Assembly: GCA_965228895.1 (NCBI GenBank)
Contig: OZ245842.1
Span: 4,864,001-4,928,000, forward strand
DNA: 64,000 bases
Source: Alphaproteobacteria bacterium
Lineage (GTDB): Bacteria; Pseudomonadota; Alphaproteobacteria; SP197
Direction of reading: 5' to 3'
Below the pieces are notes generated by a model. The model was not told the DNA's origin. It saw only the letters and a program-made list of their open reading frames with translations, and searched no databases. Shown one piece after another: positions 10,314-22,041 of the stretch; the stretch's first letter is position 1, and every line of letters starts with the position of its first letter. Position numbers and translations under genes: made by a program.

Positions 10314-11171
10314 ATGAAGACCAAGCAACACACCACCACACGCGAGAACAGCAACGACGACGTCGATCAGACCCGCCGTCAGGTTCTGACCGGTGCGGCG
10401 ACAGCCGCCGTTGCCGGCGCGGCAGCCGTCGGTGTCGGCAAAGAGGTTCTGGCCGCGACCGACGAAGCCAAAGCCGCCTACGCCGATCCGGCGGAACCTG
10501 CCCTGCCCAACATCGATATGGAGATCGTCCCCGGCCGCACGGCCCTGGTCGCCGTCGATCCGCAGATCGATTTCCTCGACGAGGGCGGTGTAGCCTGGGG
10601 TGTGGTTGGCGAAAGCGTCAGCGAGCAGGGTGTCGTCGACAACCTGGAGCGCCTGTTCATCGCCGCGAAGGCCGCCAACATGCCGGTCGTCGTCTCACCG
10701 CACTACTACTACCCCCAGGATCACAAGTGGAAGTTCGAGGGAACGCTCGAACGTGTCATGCACGGCATCGGCATGTTCGACCGCAAAGATCCGCTCAACC
10801 TCGATGGTTTCGAAGGGTCCGGCGCGGACTGGATGCCGCAGTACAAGAAGTACATCGACGATGGCGAGACCATCGTGTGCTCCCCGCACAAAGTCTACGG
10901 CCCGGAGCAGAACGATCTCGTTCTCCAGCTGCGCAAGGTCGGCATCGACAAAGTGATTCTGGCCGGCATGTCGGCGAACCTCTGCGTCGAAAGCCACATG
11001 CGCGAACTGTTGGAGACGGGTTTTGAGGTCGCCGTCGTGCGCGACGCGACAGCAGGCGCAAAGGTGCCCGAAGGCGACGGCTATCTCGCGGCCCTCATCA
11101 ACTTCCGCATGATCGCCAACGCGGTCTGGTGGACCGACGAGGCCGTTCAGCGAATTTCGCTGGCCGCCTAA
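10314..11171 (+). CDS. Isochorismatase-family cysteine hydrolase with twin-arginine (Tat) signal
   Basis: [21 protein letters not shown] Tat-like leader. Catalytic D (VDPQ), K (PHK) and C (ANLCVES), plus [15 protein letters not shown]. Confidence 0.88.
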   Translation: MKTKQHTTTRENSNDDVDQTRRQVLTGAATAAVAGAAAVGVGKEVLAATDEAKAAYADPAEPALPNIDMEIVPGRTALVAVDPQIDFLDEGGVAWGVVGESVSEQGVVDNLERLFIAAKAANMPVVVSPHYYYPQDHKWKFEGTLERVMHGIGMFDRKDPLNLDGFEGSGADWMPQYKKYIDDGETIVCSPHKVYGPEQNDLVLQLRKVGIDKVILAGMSANLCVESHMRELLETGFEVAVVRDATAGAKVPEGDGYLAALINFRMIANAVWWTDEAVQRISLAA

Positions 11172-11295
11172 GTCCCCGATTACCCCAAGCGCCGTTCGAC
11201 CCTCCCTCCCTCGGCGCACACGTCTCCGGCCATCCGCGTTCCCCCGCCGGATGGCCGGAGCCCCCACCAGCCGAACGAATGCACGGAACAGAACA

Positions 11296-11760
11296 ATGAC
11301 CCGTCCACCCCTACCTCCCTTCACCGAAGACACCGCGGCTCAAAAAGTCCGCGCCGCGGAGGATGGTTGGAACTCGCGCGATCCCGCCAAGGTCGCGCTC
11401 GCCTACACGCCGGACAGCCAGTGGCGGAACCGGTCGGAGTTCATTCACGGACGCGCGGAGATCGAGGCCTTTCTCACCCGCAAATGGAACCAGGAGCACG
11501 AATATCGACTCATCAAGGAACTGTGGTCGTTCAGCGAGAACCGCATCGCCGTGCGCTTCGCCTACGAGTGGCACGACGCGGCAGGCAACTGGTTCCGCTC
11601 CTACGGCAACGAGAACTGGGAGTTTGCAGACGACGGTCTGATGCAGCGCCGCCTTGCCAGCATCAACGACCTCGCCATCGATGATTCCGACCGACTGTTC
11701 CGTTGGCCGCAAGGACGCCGGCCGGACAACCATCCCGGCCTGTCCGACCTCGGTCTCTGA
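11296..11760 (+). CDS. SnoaL-like / NTF2-family protein (DUF1348 type)
   Basis: RPPLPPFT...[55 protein letters not shown]. Confidence 0.9.
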   Translation: MTRPPLPPFTEDTAAQKVRAAEDGWNSRDPAKVALAYTPDSQWRNRSEFIHGRAEIEAFLTRKWNQEHEYRLIKELWSFSENRIAVRFAYEWHDAAGNWFRSYGNENWEFADDGLMQRRLASINDLAIDDSDRLFRWPQGRRPDNHPGLSDLGL

Positions 11761-11881
11761 CATGACGCGCCAACAGCGCACCAACACCGCCGACGCCCGG
11801 CGGCTTCCCCCGCTGGCCGGATGGCACGCGGACGTTCCCCAACCCGCCCAACAGGGCGACAACCGAAGAAGGACGATTGAG

Positions 11882-12385
11882 ATGAAAACCATGAAAACCC
11901 TGATAGCCGCCATGACGCTCATCGGCGCCGTCTCAGCAGGTTCGGCGGCGTTCGCCGTCGACGAGTACAATGTGTCGACCGGCACGACCGTCAGCGGCCT
12001 CGGCGTCGCGCTGCGTGGCGATGACGCCGTCGCCCTTGCCACCGGCATGGAGGTGACGCCCGGACATGCGGAGTTCACCGTCGAGCACGACGGCGTCGCC
12101 TATTACTTCGCGTCCGAGGAAACGATGGCGCAGTTCGCCGCCGACCCCGCGCGGTACATGCCGAAGTATGGCGGCTTCTGCGCCTTTGGCGTCGCCATCG
12201 GCATGAAGCTCGACGCCAGCAATCGATTCGCGGACATCGTCGACGGCAAGCTCTATGTGTTTCTGAATGCCGCCGCCTTCGGGAAGTACGAGGAAGACAA
12301 AACCGGCACGCTCGCGAAGGCCGAGGAGAACTGGCCGTCGATTCACCACCTCGCGGTGGCGGATGTCAACGCTCGTGGCAGCTGA
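11882..12385 (+). CDS. Secreted YHS-domain (seleno)protein family, Cys form
   Basis: Sec-pathway signal peptide, G.D.V, HDGVAYYFAS, F.ADP.RY.PKYGGFCAFGV, IVDGKLY, NWP. Confidence 0.85.
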   Translation: MKTMKTLIAAMTLIGAVSAGSAAFAVDEYNVSTGTTVSGLGVALRGDDAVALATGMEVTPGHAEFTVEHDGVAYYFASEETMAQFAADPARYMPKYGGFCAFGVAIGMKLDASNRFADIVDGKLYVFLNAAAFGKYEEDKTGTLAKAEENWPSIHHLAVADVNARGS

Positions 12386-12509
12386 CGATTGAGCCATGCC
12401 CCGTGAGAACGCGACGGTGAGTCGCCGACAATCGTCGAAGCCGCGATCATCGTCGCCAAGTGCAAAGCCAAGCAGGCGCGTCGTCAAACACGCGCCTGCT
12501 TGAATCATT

Positions 12510-12533
12510 GACCGGGCCTCATCCCGGTCTTTT
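12510..12533 (+). terminator. Putative intrinsic terminator of the TetR-controlled cassette
   Basis: GACCGGG-cctcat-CCCGGTC followed by TTTT. A second 12-bp hairpin lies at 12469-12502. Confidence 0.55.
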
Positions 12534-12563
12534 CGATAGGGGCATCCTACTAAGAACTGAGCC

Positions 12564-15326
12564 CTACCGCGCGGCGCCGGCGATCTCGCGTTTGTCGCGG
12601 TCGCTGATGACGGCGAGCAACACGGCTTTGATCTCGTCGAGCTTCTTGTCGTGGGTTGTCTTCAGGCCAAAGGCGTCGCGAACGTAGAAGGCATCGACGG
12701 CGCGCTCGCCATAGGTCGCGATGCGCGCCGTGACGATGCCCAGGCCAAGCGCGGTGAGCGCCTGGGTGAGATCATAAAGCAGACCCAGACGATCCGGTGC
12801 GTTGACCTCGATCACCGTGTGTTTGGAGCTCGCCTTGTTGTCGATCAGGACGCGCGGCTCGACCGGTAGCGACCGGGAGCGGCGCTGCCAGGCATCGCGG
12901 CGCCGGGCGATCTCGGCGTCCAGATCCAGGTTGCCGGTCAGCGCCTGGGTCGTGACCTCGACCAGACGTGCCAAGCGCGCCTCGTCATCCAGCGCTTGGT
13001 GCGCCTCGTTCTGGACCCAGAACGTGTCGAGCGCCATGCCGTCGAGCGTCGTGAAGATGCGGGCATCGACAATGTTGGCGCCGGCTAAGGCGAGTGCGCC
13101 GGTAATGCGGGCGAACAGCCCGCGTTCGTCAGGCGCGAAGACGGTGACCTCGGTGATCGCGCGGAACCTGTCGACGCGGGTTTCGACCGCCACGGTCGGC
13201 GCGTCGTCATAATCGGCGGCTTCTTCGGTGCGGCGGATAAGTCGCGCGTGTCGCTCATGGGTGTCGCTGTCGAAGGCCAGCCAATAGGGCGTCACCAGCC
13301 GGTCGGCATAGACATCGAGCGCGCGGTCGTCCCAACCGGCGAGCCTGGACCTTAAGTCGGCGACCATGGCGGCGACGCGTTCGTGTTTGCCGAGCGCTTC
13401 GCCATGGCCGCCCGACAGCATTTCCTCAGCCCGGTAATAGAGTTCGCGCAGCAACTGGCCTTTCCAACCGTTCCAAACCTGGGGGCCGACGGCGCGGATA
13501 TCGGCGACAGTCAGCACCAGCAGCAGGCGCAGGCGTTCCATCGATTGCACGACCGCGACAAAGTCCTCGACGGTCTTGGGATCGCCGACATCACGCCGGA
13601 AGGCGGTGTTCGAGGCCAGGAGATGCCAGCGTACCAACCACGCAACGGTCTCGGTTTCGTCCGCCGTGAAACCCAGGCGCGGTCCCAGGTGTTCGGCAAT
13701 CTCGGCACCCAATACCGAATGATCGCCGCCGCGACCCTTAGCGATGTCGTGCAGCAGGACCGCCAGATAGAGAACATGCCGCTGCAGGAGCTGCGGGAAG
13801 ATCTTGGTCGCCAGCGGCAATTCGTCGCCGACCTCGCCGCGCTCGATCGCCGCCAAGACGCCGATGGCGCGGATCGAGTGCTCGTCGACCGTATAGACGT
13901 GGTACATGTCGTGCTGCATCTGCGCGACGACCCGGCCGAAATCGGGCAGGAAGCGGCCCATCACACCGGCCTCGTTCATGACCCGAAGGGTGCCTTCGGG
14001 GTCGTTGGTCGAGGTCAGGATGTCGACGAACTGCCGGTTCGCCTCGTCGTCATCGCGCATGTCTTGATCGATCAGCTTCAAGTGCTGCGTCATCAACCAC
14101 AGCGTACGCGGATGGATGGCGAGCCGCTTGGCCTGTGCGACATGGAACAAGCGTATCAGGTCACGCGGATGGTCGCGGAAATGGCTACGGTCGGTCACGG
14201 TCAACCTTCCGCCTTCGACCGCAAACCCATCAACCTCCTCGCGCGCGGCCGAGATCCACGGGCGTTCGCGCGGCGCAAGCTGGGCGTCCTCGATGGCGGC
14301 GGCGAAGATACGGGTCAAGTCGCCGACATCCTTGGCGTTCAGGAAGTAGTACTTCATGAACCGCTCGACTCCGCGCACGCCGGGCCGATCCGCGTAACCC
14401 ATCAGACGCGCGACCTCGGTTTGCGTGTCGAAGGTCAGCCGGTCCTCGTGCCTATCGTTCAGCCGATGCAGATGGCAGCGCACGCGCCACAGGAAATCCT
14501 GGGCCTTGGCGAACCGGTTGAATTCGGCGCGGGTCAGTACCTTGGCCTCGACCAGATCGTCGACCTCGCGCACCCGATAGAGATACTTCGCGATCCAGTA
14601 GAGCGTGTGCAGGTCGCGCAGGCCGCCCTTGCCATCCTTGACGTTGGGCTCCAGCACGTAGCGGGAATCGCCCATGCGCTCGTGACGTTTGTCGCGTTCC
14701 TCGAGCTTGGCGCGCACGAAGTCGGGTCCGGTTTCGGCCACGATGTCGCGCTCGAACCGGTTCATCAGCGAGCGGAAAAGCGCGCGGTCACCCCACAGGT
14801 AGCGCGCTTCCAGGATCGATGTGCGGATTGTCATGTCCGCCTCGGCACGTCGGATCGTGTCGTCGACGCTGCGTACCGCGTGACCGACCTCAAGGCCCAG
14901 ATCCCAAAGCAGATAGAGCATGTGCTCAACGACCTGCTCCAGCCACGGTGTCGATTTCCACGGCACCAGGAACAACAGATCGATATCGGAATAGGGCGCG
15001 AGGTCGCTTCGCCCATAACCGCCGACGGCGACAATGCCGAGCCGTTCGCCCTTCAAGCGGTTGGCGTGAGGAAAGACACGTTCGGTCGTGTGGTCGTGGG
15101 CGACGCGAATGATCTGATCGATCAGGTAGCTCATGCCCGCGACCAGTTCGGGTCCCGCGGCGCCGTCGTCCAGACGCCGGAAGATCTCCGCGCGCCCGGC
15201 TTCCAGTGCTTCGCGTAGCACGTCGAGACAGGCGCCCCGGTCGTCCGCGTCAACGGCCTCAAGCGCCTCCAACAGCTTCTTGCGCGAGACGATGCGCGCC
15301 TTGCGTGGCAAGACGGCGGGACTCAT
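12564..15326 (-). CDS. glnD: PII uridylyltransferase / uridylyl-removing enzyme
   Basis: [47 protein letters not shown] (HD domain), two C-terminal ACT domains. Confidence 0.97.
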   Translation of the reverse strand: MSPAVLPRKARIVSRKKLLEALEAVDADDRGACLDVLREALEAGRAEIFRRLDDGAAGPELVAGMSYLIDQIIRVAHDHTTERVFPHANRLKGERLGIVAVGGYGRSDLAPYSDIDLLFLVPWKSTPWLEQVVEHMLYLLWDLGLEVGHAVRSVDDTIRRAEADMTIRTSILEARYLWGDRALFRSLMNRFERDIVAETGPDFVRAKLEERDKRHERMGDSRYVLEPNVKDGKGGLRDLHTLYWIAKYLYRVREVDDLVEAKVLTRAEFNRFAKAQDFLWRVRCHLHRLNDRHEDRLTFDTQTEVARLMGYADRPGVRGVERFMKYYFLNAKDVGDLTRIFAAAIEDAQLAPRERPWISAAREEVDGFAVEGGRLTVTDRSHFRDHPRDLIRLFHVAQAKRLAIHPRTLWLMTQHLKLIDQDMRDDDEANRQFVDILTSTNDPEGTLRVMNEAGVMGRFLPDFGRVVAQMQHDMYHVYTVDEHSIRAIGVLAAIERGEVGDELPLATKIFPQLLQRHVLYLAVLLHDIAKGRGGDHSVLGAEIAEHLGPRLGFTADETETVAWLVRWHLLASNTAFRRDVGDPKTVEDFVAVVQSMERLRLLLVLTVADIRAVGPQVWNGWKGQLLRELYYRAEEMLSGGHGEALGKHERVAAMVADLRSRLAGWDDRALDVYADRLVTPYWLAFDSDTHERHARLIRRTEEAADYDDAPTVAVETRVDRFRAITEVTVFAPDERGLFARITGALALAGANIVDARIFTTLDGMALDTFWVQNEAHQALDDEARLARLVEVTTQALTGNLDLDAEIARRRDAWQRRSRSLPVEPRVLIDNKASSKHTVIEVNAPDRLGLLYDLTQALTALGLGIVTARIATYGERAVDAFYVRDAFGLKTTHDKKLDEIKAVLLAVISDRDKREIAGAAR

Positions 15327-18013
15327 GGATCGCCCTCCGCCAGATCCTTCAGGCGATAGAGCAGATCGAGCGCGGCGCGGGGTGTCAGACTGTCCGGCTC
15401 GATCTCCTCAACGGCTTTCTCAAGCGGCGTCGGGCCCGCCAGTGCAGGACTACGGGCCGGTTCGGCGGCGGCCTGGAACAGCGGCAAGTCGTCGGCCAGC
15501 TTGACGAGCGCGCTGCCCTTCTCACCCGCCTCGATCACCTTCAGGACATCCTCGGCGCGATGGATCACCGCCTCCGGCAGGCCGGCAAGGCGGGCGACAT
15601 GAATGCCGTAGCTGCGGTCGGCCGCGCCAGGCGCGACCTCATAAAGAAACACGATCTCGTCCTGCCACTCCTTGACCCGCATGGTGTGCGGCTTGAGCGC
15701 CTCGAGCTTGGCGGTGAGTGCGGTGAGCTCGTGGTAGTGGGTCGCGAACAGGGCCCGGCAACGGTTGACCTCGTGAAGATGCTCGATGGTTGCCCAGGCG
15801 ATCGACAGACCATCGAAGGTCGCCGTGCCGCGGCCGATCTCATCCAGGATCACCAATGCGCGCTCGCCGGCCTGATTCAGAATGGCCGCGGTCTCGACCA
15901 TCTCGACCATGAAGGTGGAGCGGCCACGCGCCAGATCGTCGGCGGCGCCGACACGGCTGAACAACCGATCGACCACGCCGATATGGGCGGCGCGCGCCGG
16001 CACGAAGCTGCCGATCTGGGCCATCACCGCGATCAGCGCGTTCTGACGCAAAAAGGTCGATTTGCCGGCCATATTGGGGCCGGTCAGGAGCCACAACCGG
16101 CTGGTGCCGGCCAGTTCGCAATCGTTGGCGATGAACGCTTGCCCGTCGGCCCTGTCGGCCATGGCCTCGACCACGGGATGGCGGCCGGCCTCGACCTCGA
16201 ACGCCAAACCGGTATCGACCAGCGGCCGCACATAGTTCCGTTCGGCGGCCAGCGTGGCGAGACCGGCAGCGACATCGAGACGGGCGAGCGCGCGCGCGTT
16301 GACGGCAATGCGGTCGCCGGCCTGGCCGACATCGGCAACAAGCTCATCAAAGACGGCCATCTCCAGGGCCAGCGCCCTATCGGCGGCCTGGGCGATCTGG
16401 GCTTCCAACTCACCCAGTTCGACCGTCGTGAACCGCATGGCGTTGGCCATGGACTGGCGCTGGATGAACGTCGCGCGATCGAGTTTCGATTCATGCGTCT
16501 GGGCCACCTCGACGTAGTAACCCAGCATGTTGTTGTGTCGGATTTTGAGGTTGTTGACGCCTGTCTCGTCCTGATAGCGGCCCTGCAGGCGCGCAATCAG
16601 TTGGCGGCTGTCGTCGCGCAGCGCCTTTTGCTGATCGAGGTCGGACGAGAAGCCGGCGCACACGAAACCGCCATCGCGTGCCATCAGCGGCGGTGATTCG
16701 TCGAGCGCGTCGGTCAATCGCTCGACGAGGTCCGGTTCGCCGGCAAGGTCGCGACAAACCTCATTGAGCTCACCGGGCAAGGCCGGTGCTTTGGCCAGCA
16801 TGGCGCCCAGCGTCGCGGCCTGCGTCAGACCGTCACGGATCGCCGCGAGGTCGCGCGGCCCGCCGCGCCCGACCGTAAGCCGGGCAAGCGCGCGCTCCAG
16901 ATCCGGTGTCGCACCGAGGTGGTCACGAACGCGTTCGCGCAGCGCGCCGTCATCGACAAAAAAGGCGACGGCATCGTGGCGTGCGGCGATGATCTGGGGA
17001 TCGGTCAGCGGCGCGCTGAGCCGGGCGGTCAAGAGTCTGGCGCCGGCGCCGGTCACCGTGCGGTCAAGCACACCCAAAAGGCTGGTCGACCGGCTGCCGT
17101 CGAGCGCCTGGATCAGCTCCAGATTGCGCCGGGTCGCCGCATCGATCGCCATCACCTGATCGCCGGTCACCAGACGCGGCGGCGCCAGACGCGGCAGATG
17201 ACCTTTCTGTGTCAGCTCGATATAGCCGACCAGCGCGCCCGCCGCGGCCAGTTCGGCGCGGCCGAAACTGCCGAAGCCGTCCAGCGTATCGACGCCGAAG
17301 GTCTCCTTCAGCCGCCGTTCGCCGGCCCGGCTGTCGAAGCGCGCCGCCGGTTCCAGCGACAGTCGATCGTGCCAGGGATCCAGGATGTCGCGCAGCAAGG
17401 CCGATTCAAGCATGCTGTCGGGCAGGACAAGCTCGGCGGGATGAACCCGCTCCAGGGTCGCGGCAAGATCGCTCTCGTTAACCGGCTGAACAGCGAGCGC
17501 GCCTGTCGAGACGTCGACCCAGGCGAGCGCCAGTCGACCTTCGGCGCGCGCGAGCAGCGCCAGGTGGTTGGCGCGCCGGGCGTCCAGCAGGGTTTCTTCG
17601 GTGATCGTGCCGGGGGTCACGATGCGCACGACCTCGCGCCGCACGACCGACTTGGCACCGCGTTTCTTGGCCTCGGCCGGATCCTCGGTCTGCTCGCAGA
17701 TCGCGACCTTGAAGCCCTTGCGGATCAGCCGCTCCAGATAGGTGTCATAGGCATGGACGGGCACGCCGCACATGGCGACGTCCTGGCCCTGATGTTTGCC
17801 CCGTTTGGTGAGCGCGATATCCAGCGCCGCGGCGGCCTGGACCGCGTCATCGAAGAACAGCTCGTAGAAATCGCCCATGCGGAAGAACAGCAGGGTCCCC
17901 GGATTCTCCTGCTTGATCGACCAGTACTGCGCCATCATCGGCGTCGCGGCCTTGACCGGCGCCACGCTGTCGGCACGCTGGGAGACGCCACCGCCATGCG
18001 GCGCGTCCGGCAT
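15323..18013 (-). CDS. mutS: DNA mismatch repair protein MutS
   Basis: [50 protein letters not shown]. Start uncertain (ATG 18013 or GTG 18034); the longer ORF start runs into a repeat. Confidence 0.96.
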   Translation of the reverse strand: MPDAPHGGGVSQRADSVAPVKAATPMMAQYWSIKQENPGTLLFFRMGDFYELFFDDAVQAAAALDIALTKRGKHQGQDVAMCGVPVHAYDTYLERLIRKGFKVAICEQTEDPAEAKKRGAKSVVRREVVRIVTPGTITEETLLDARRANHLALLARAEGRLALAWVDVSTGALAVQPVNESDLAATLERVHPAELVLPDSMLESALLRDILDPWHDRLSLEPAARFDSRAGERRLKETFGVDTLDGFGSFGRAELAAAGALVGYIELTQKGHLPRLAPPRLVTGDQVMAIDAATRRNLELIQALDGSRSTSLLGVLDRTVTGAGARLLTARLSAPLTDPQIIAARHDAVAFFVDDGALRERVRDHLGATPDLERALARLTVGRGGPRDLAAIRDGLTQAATLGAMLAKAPALPGELNEVCRDLAGEPDLVERLTDALDESPPLMARDGGFVCAGFSSDLDQQKALRDDSRQLIARLQGRYQDETGVNNLKIRHNNMLGYYVEVAQTHESKLDRATFIQRQSMANAMRFTTVELGELEAQIAQAADRALALEMAVFDELVADVGQAGDRIAVNARALARLDVAAGLATLAAERNYVRPLVDTGLAFEVEAGRHPVVEAMADRADGQAFIANDCELAGTSRLWLLTGPNMAGKSTFLRQNALIAVMAQIGSFVPARAAHIGVVDRLFSRVGAADDLARGRSTFMVEMVETAAILNQAGERALVILDEIGRGTATFDGLSIAWATIEHLHEVNRCRALFATHYHELTALTAKLEALKPHTMRVKEWQDEIVFLYEVAPGAADRSYGIHVARLAGLPEAVIHRAEDVLKVIEAGEKGSALVKLADDLPLFQAAAEPARSPALAGPTPLEKAVEEIEPDSLTPRAALDLLYRLKDLAEGDP

Positions 18014-18072
18014 GATCTCGTTGGATTCGGCCACTTTCCGGCGCCTGGTTCGTGATCGGAGTGGCGCGACAT

Positions 18073-18210
18073 TAGATCGGATCGCCAACTGATGGAACCG
18101 CTCCACGGTTCCATCAGTTGGCGTGAATCCGATCTACTTCAAATGAAATAGAGCAGATTCACCCATCTTGATCCCATCGCGGAGCGATTCGATCAAATGG
18201 GATCTGCTCT
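18073..18210. repeat. Bipartite palindromic intergenic element, B arm plus A arm
   Basis: 64-bp B hairpin at 18073-18136 (TAGATCGGAT...ATCCGATCTA), AT-rich linker, A hairpin at 18149-18210. Lies between divergent mutS and maeB. Confidence 0.88.
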
Positions 18211-18308
18211 TGCATATGGCATCATGCCCCGCAGCCTGATGCATGTAGTGCTTGGAGGGAGCGAGGTCGACGCTTTACCCTGGGATTCCCCCTTTAGAGA
18301 CGGTGTAC

Positions 18309-20567
18309 ATGTCCGAAGACATAAGAGTTAGCGACGCCGAGGCGTTGCGGTTTCATGCCGAGGGTCAGCCCGGCAAGCTGGCGGTGCGCGCGACCAAACC
18401 GCTGAACAGCGCGCGCGACCTGTCGCTCGCCTATTCGCCGGGCGTCGCGGCACCCTGCCTGGAGATCGCCCGCGACAAAAACCTGGCCTTTGACTACACC
18501 TCGCGCGGCAACATGGTGGCGGTCGTCTCCAACGGCACCGCCGTTCTGGGCCTGGGCAACCTGGGCGCGCTCGGCGCCAAGCCGGTGATGGAAGGCAAGG
18601 CGGTTCTCTTTAAGCGTTTCGCCGATGTCGACGCCATCGACCTGGAGGTCGACAGCGAAGACGTCGACGATGTCGTCAACACGGTGCGCCTGGTCGCGCC
18701 GACCTTCGGCGGCGTCAACCTGGAAGACATCAAGGCGCCGGAATGTTTCATCATCGAGCAGCGCCTGCGCGAACTGGTCGATATCCCGATCTTCCATGAC
18801 GATCAGCACGGCACGGCGATCATCTGCCTGGCCGGCGTCATCAACGCGCTGGAGATCGCCGGCAAGAAGATCGCCGACTGCACGGTGGTGGTGAACGGCG
18901 CCGGCGCCGCGGGCATCGCCTGCCTGGAGCTGATCAAGGCCATGGGCCTGCCCCATGACCAGGCGATCTTGTGCGACTCCAAAGGTGTCGTTTATCAGGG
19001 CCGCGAAGAAGGCATGAACCAGTGGAAGTCGGCGCACGCCGTGCCGACCGAAGCACGCACGCTGGATGACGCCATGGAAGGCGCCGACATCTTTCTGGGC
19101 GTCTCCGTCAAGGGTGCGGTCAGCCAGGCCATGGTCGAATCCATGGCCGATCAGCCGATCATCTTTGCCATGGCGAACCCGGATCCCGAGATCACGCCCG
19201 AGGACGTCATGGCGGCGCGCGAAGACGCGATCATCGCGACCGGACGGTCGGACTATCCCAACCAGGTCAACAACGTGCTTGGTTTTCCCTACATCTTCCG
19301 CGGCGCGCTCGACGTGCGGGCGACGACCATCAACGACCCGATGAAAATCGCCGCGGCCGAGGCGATCGCCGCCTTGGCGCGTGAAGACGTGCCCGACGAA
19401 GTCGCCGCCGCCTATACCGGCACGCGCCTGCAGTTCGGCCGCGACTACATCATCCCGACGCCGTTCGATCCGCGCCTGATCAGCCGCGTGCCGGCGGCCG
19501 TCGCGCGCGCGGCCATGGACAGCGGCGTGGCGCGCCGGCCGATCATCGACATGGAGGACTACGAGCTTCAGCTCGCAGGCCGCCTGGACCAGGTCGCCGG
19601 GCGGATGAACGAGGTCTTCACCCAGGCCCGCGCCCGCCAGGCCCGCGTCGTCTTCGCCGAAGGCGAGGAGGAAAAGACGATCCGAGCGGCCGCGCTGTGG
19701 CGCGATCAGGGACTGGGAACACCGATCCTGGTCGGCCGGCCCGAGGAAGTGACGGAGCATATGCAAACCCTGGGCGTTCACGCCGAGGGTATCGAGATCA
19801 TCAACGCCCGGACGGCGCCCAACCGGCAGGCCTATATCGACTACGTCTATACGCGCATGCAGCGGCGCGGTGCGTTGCTGCGCGACAGCACGCGCTGGGT
19901 CAATCTGGACCGCAATGTCTTTGCCGCGGCCATGCTGGCGACCGGCGACGCGGACGCGGTGGTCACCGGCGTGACCCGCAATTACGCCGCCGCGCTCTCC
20001 CATATCCGGCGTGTCCTGGATGCCAAAGCCGGCCATCAGGTGTTCGGCATGGCTATTCTGGTGACCCAGGGCCGCAACTTGTTTGTCGCCGATACGTCGA
20101 TCAACGAAAAGCCGAGCGCGGAAGAGCTTGCGGATATCGCGGTCCAGGCCGCCGCCAAGGCACGCGCCATGGGCACGGAGCCGCGCGTCGCGCTGGTCTC
20201 GTTCTCCAACTTCGGCAGCCGCGGCGAAGAGCAGGTGCAGCACATTCGCGACGCCGTGAAGCTGCTGGAGGCGCGTGGCGTCGACTTCGAGTTCGACGGC
20301 GAGATGGCGCCCGATACGGCGCTCGATCCCTACCTGCTTGAGTACTATCCGTTCAGCCGCTTGTCCGGTCCGGCCAACGTGCTGGTCATGCCCAGCCTGC
20401 ATGCCGCCAACATCGCCTACAAGCTGGTCGAGGCCATGGAAGCAGCCGATGTCATCGGCCCGATTCTGGTCGGCCTCGAGAAGCCGGTCCAGATCGTCCG
20501 GCTGGGCGCCACCGTGAACGATATCCTGAACATGGCGGCGCTGGCCGCCATCGACGTCGAGTTCTAG
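18309..20567 (+). CDS. maeB: NADP-dependent malic enzyme with PTA-like C-terminal domain
   Basis: DLSLAYSPGVA, SNGTAVLGLG, FHDDQHGTA, GAGAAG, TGRSDYPNQVNN, VVFAEGEE, FDGEM. Confidence 0.95.
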   Translation: MSEDIRVSDAEALRFHAEGQPGKLAVRATKPLNSARDLSLAYSPGVAAPCLEIARDKNLAFDYTSRGNMVAVVSNGTAVLGLGNLGALGAKPVMEGKAVLFKRFADVDAIDLEVDSEDVDDVVNTVRLVAPTFGGVNLEDIKAPECFIIEQRLRELVDIPIFHDDQHGTAIICLAGVINALEIAGKKIADCTVVVNGAGAAGIACLELIKAMGLPHDQAILCDSKGVVYQGREEGMNQWKSAHAVPTEARTLDDAMEGADIFLGVSVKGAVSQAMVESMADQPIIFAMANPDPEITPEDVMAAREDAIIATGRSDYPNQVNNVLGFPYIFRGALDVRATTINDPMKIAAAEAIAALAREDVPDEVAAAYTGTRLQFGRDYIIPTPFDPRLISRVPAAVARAAMDSGVARRPIIDMEDYELQLAGRLDQVAGRMNEVFTQARARQARVVFAEGEEEKTIRAAALWRDQGLGTPILVGRPEEVTEHMQTLGVHAEGIEIINARTAPNRQAYIDYVYTRMQRRGALLRDSTRWVNLDRNVFAAAMLATGDADAVVTGVTRNYAAALSHIRRVLDAKAGHQVFGMAILVTQGRNLFVADTSINEKPSAEELADIAVQAAAKARAMGTEPRVALVSFSNFGSRGEEQVQHIRDAVKLLEARGVDFEFDGEMAPDTALDPYLLEYYPFSRLSGPANVLVMPSLHAANIAYKLVEAMEAADVIGPILVGLEKPVQIVRLGATVNDILNMAALAAIDVEF

Positions 20568-20569
20568 CC

Positions 20570-22000
20570 GTGGCGGCAGGCGCAGAAGGATCCGCGCCGG
20601 TTTCAAAAACCGCACCACGGCTCGGTCAGGTCATTGTCGGCGCCGTGCCGCTGGCGGCCACGCCAGTTGTGGTGCTGGGCGCCATGGCCTTGTTCGGCTT
20701 GGCCGATCCCGTGGCGGCGCTGGTCGGCGCCGTCGCCTCGGCCGTGGTGGCGGTCCTTGTCGTGAGGCCCCTGCTGCGTAACCTCTCCTCGGCCCGGCGT
20801 TATGGTCAGATGCTGGAACGTGACACGGCTACTGATCCGCCACGTCTAGACGCAGGGTCCGGCGCCGACGACCTGCAGCAGTTTCTGCGCCAGGTTCACG
20901 ACCTCCTGGCGGCGCGCGACAGAAAGATTGACGATTTGGCCGCCGAAGCCGGCCGCATTCTTGATGCCCTGCCCGACCCGATCCTGATGGTCGCGCGCGA
21001 CGGCCATATCGTGCGCACCAACCGCACGGGGCGAGAGATGTTCGGTCACGATGTTGTCGGCCGCGACCTGGCCGCGGTGACGCGCGATCCGAGCTTTCTT
21101 GCTGCCGCCGATGCCGCGCGTGACGGCGGCGAAAGCGCTGATGTCGAGGTGACGATCATGGCCGGTCGCGTACCCCACAGCTTCGGCGCCAGCGTCGCGC
21201 CGCTGCCGGTGAGCGGTAACGGCGGTCCCGCAGTGATGGCGGTGTTCCACGATCTCACCGCGATGAAACGTACCGAACAGATGCGCGTCGACTTCGTCGC
21301 CAATGCCAGCCACGAGATCCGCTCGCCACTCGCTACCCTGGTCGGCTGCATCGAGACACTGCGCGGTCCGGCGCGCGATGACCAGGAAGCCTGGGACGGT
21401 TTCCTGGAGATGATGGATGACCAGGGCAAACGCATGACCCGTCTTGTCGGCGATCTGTTGTCGCTGTCGCGGATTGAGCTCAACGAACACACCCGCCCGA
21501 CCGGCGAGGTCGCTCTGACCGACGTCCTGGCACGCACACAGACGACCCTGGAGTGGGAGGCAACAGCCAAGGACATGGTGGTGCGTTCGAAGCTGGATTC
21601 GCCGCTGCCGACGGTTCGCGGCGATGCCGCGGAGATCGAACAGGTCGCCTATAACCTGCTGTCCAACGCCATCAAGTACGGCCGCGCCGGTACCGAGGTA
21701 TCGATCACCGCCGGTCATCGCCCGGCGCCGCCGGAGCGTGCGCGCATGGAGCGCACGCCGGTCGTCTGGTTCACCGTCAGGGATCGCGGCGACGGCATCG
21801 CCAGCGAACACCTGCCGCGCCTGACCGAACGTTTCTATCGCGTCGATACCGCACGCAGCCGCGAACTCGGTGGTACGGGACTGGGTCTTGCCATCGTCAA
21901 ACACATCCTGAACCGGCACCGCGGCGATCTGACCATCGACAGCACGGTCGGCGACGGCTCGACTTTCACGGTGTACCTTCCGGCGCTGCAAAACGCGTGA
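20570..22000 (+). CDS. phoR: Phosphate regulon sensor histidine kinase
   Basis: Two TM helices, PAS domain, DFVANASHEIRSPL (H box), NLLSNAIKY, RLTERFYRVD..RSR..GGTGLGLAIVKH. Precedes the pst operon. Confidence 0.92.
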   Translation: MAAGAEGSAPVSKTAPRLGQVIVGAVPLAATPVVVLGAMALFGLADPVAALVGAVASAVVAVLVVRPLLRNLSSARRYGQMLERDTATDPPRLDAGSGADDLQQFLRQVHDLLAARDRKIDDLAAEAGRILDALPDPILMVARDGHIVRTNRTGREMFGHDVVGRDLAAVTRDPSFLAAADAARDGGESADVEVTIMAGRVPHSFGASVAPLPVSGNGGPAVMAVFHDLTAMKRTEQMRVDFVANASHEIRSPLATLVGCIETLRGPARDDQEAWDGFLEMMDDQGKRMTRLVGDLLSLSRIELNEHTRPTGEVALTDVLARTQTTLEWEATAKDMVVRSKLDSPLPTVRGDAAEIEQVAYNLLSNAIKYGRAGTEVSITAGHRPAPPERARMERTPVVWFTVRDRGDGIASEHLPRLTERFYRVDTARSRELGGTGLGLAIVKHILNRHRGDLTIDSTVGDGSTFTVYLPALQNA

Positions 22001-22041
22001 ATCCGGCGTCTCGCGGCACCATCCACAGGATGTAGAAGGCG

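Noticed and set aside
11882-12385. Selenocysteine recoding in the YHS protein
   Set aside because: The motif codon is TGC (Cys), and the ORF has no in-frame TGA before its normal end.
18014-18106. Extended MutS N-terminus containing repeat-derived sequence
   Set aside because: The ATG at 18106 lies inside the palindromic element, and downstream starts (18034 or 18013) fit normal MutS length.
18294-20618. 774-aa ORF antisense to maeB, and similar long ORFs opposite glnD, mutS, hrcA-grpE and the emrB-like gene
   Set aside because: Codon-register antisense shadows typical of high-GC genomes.
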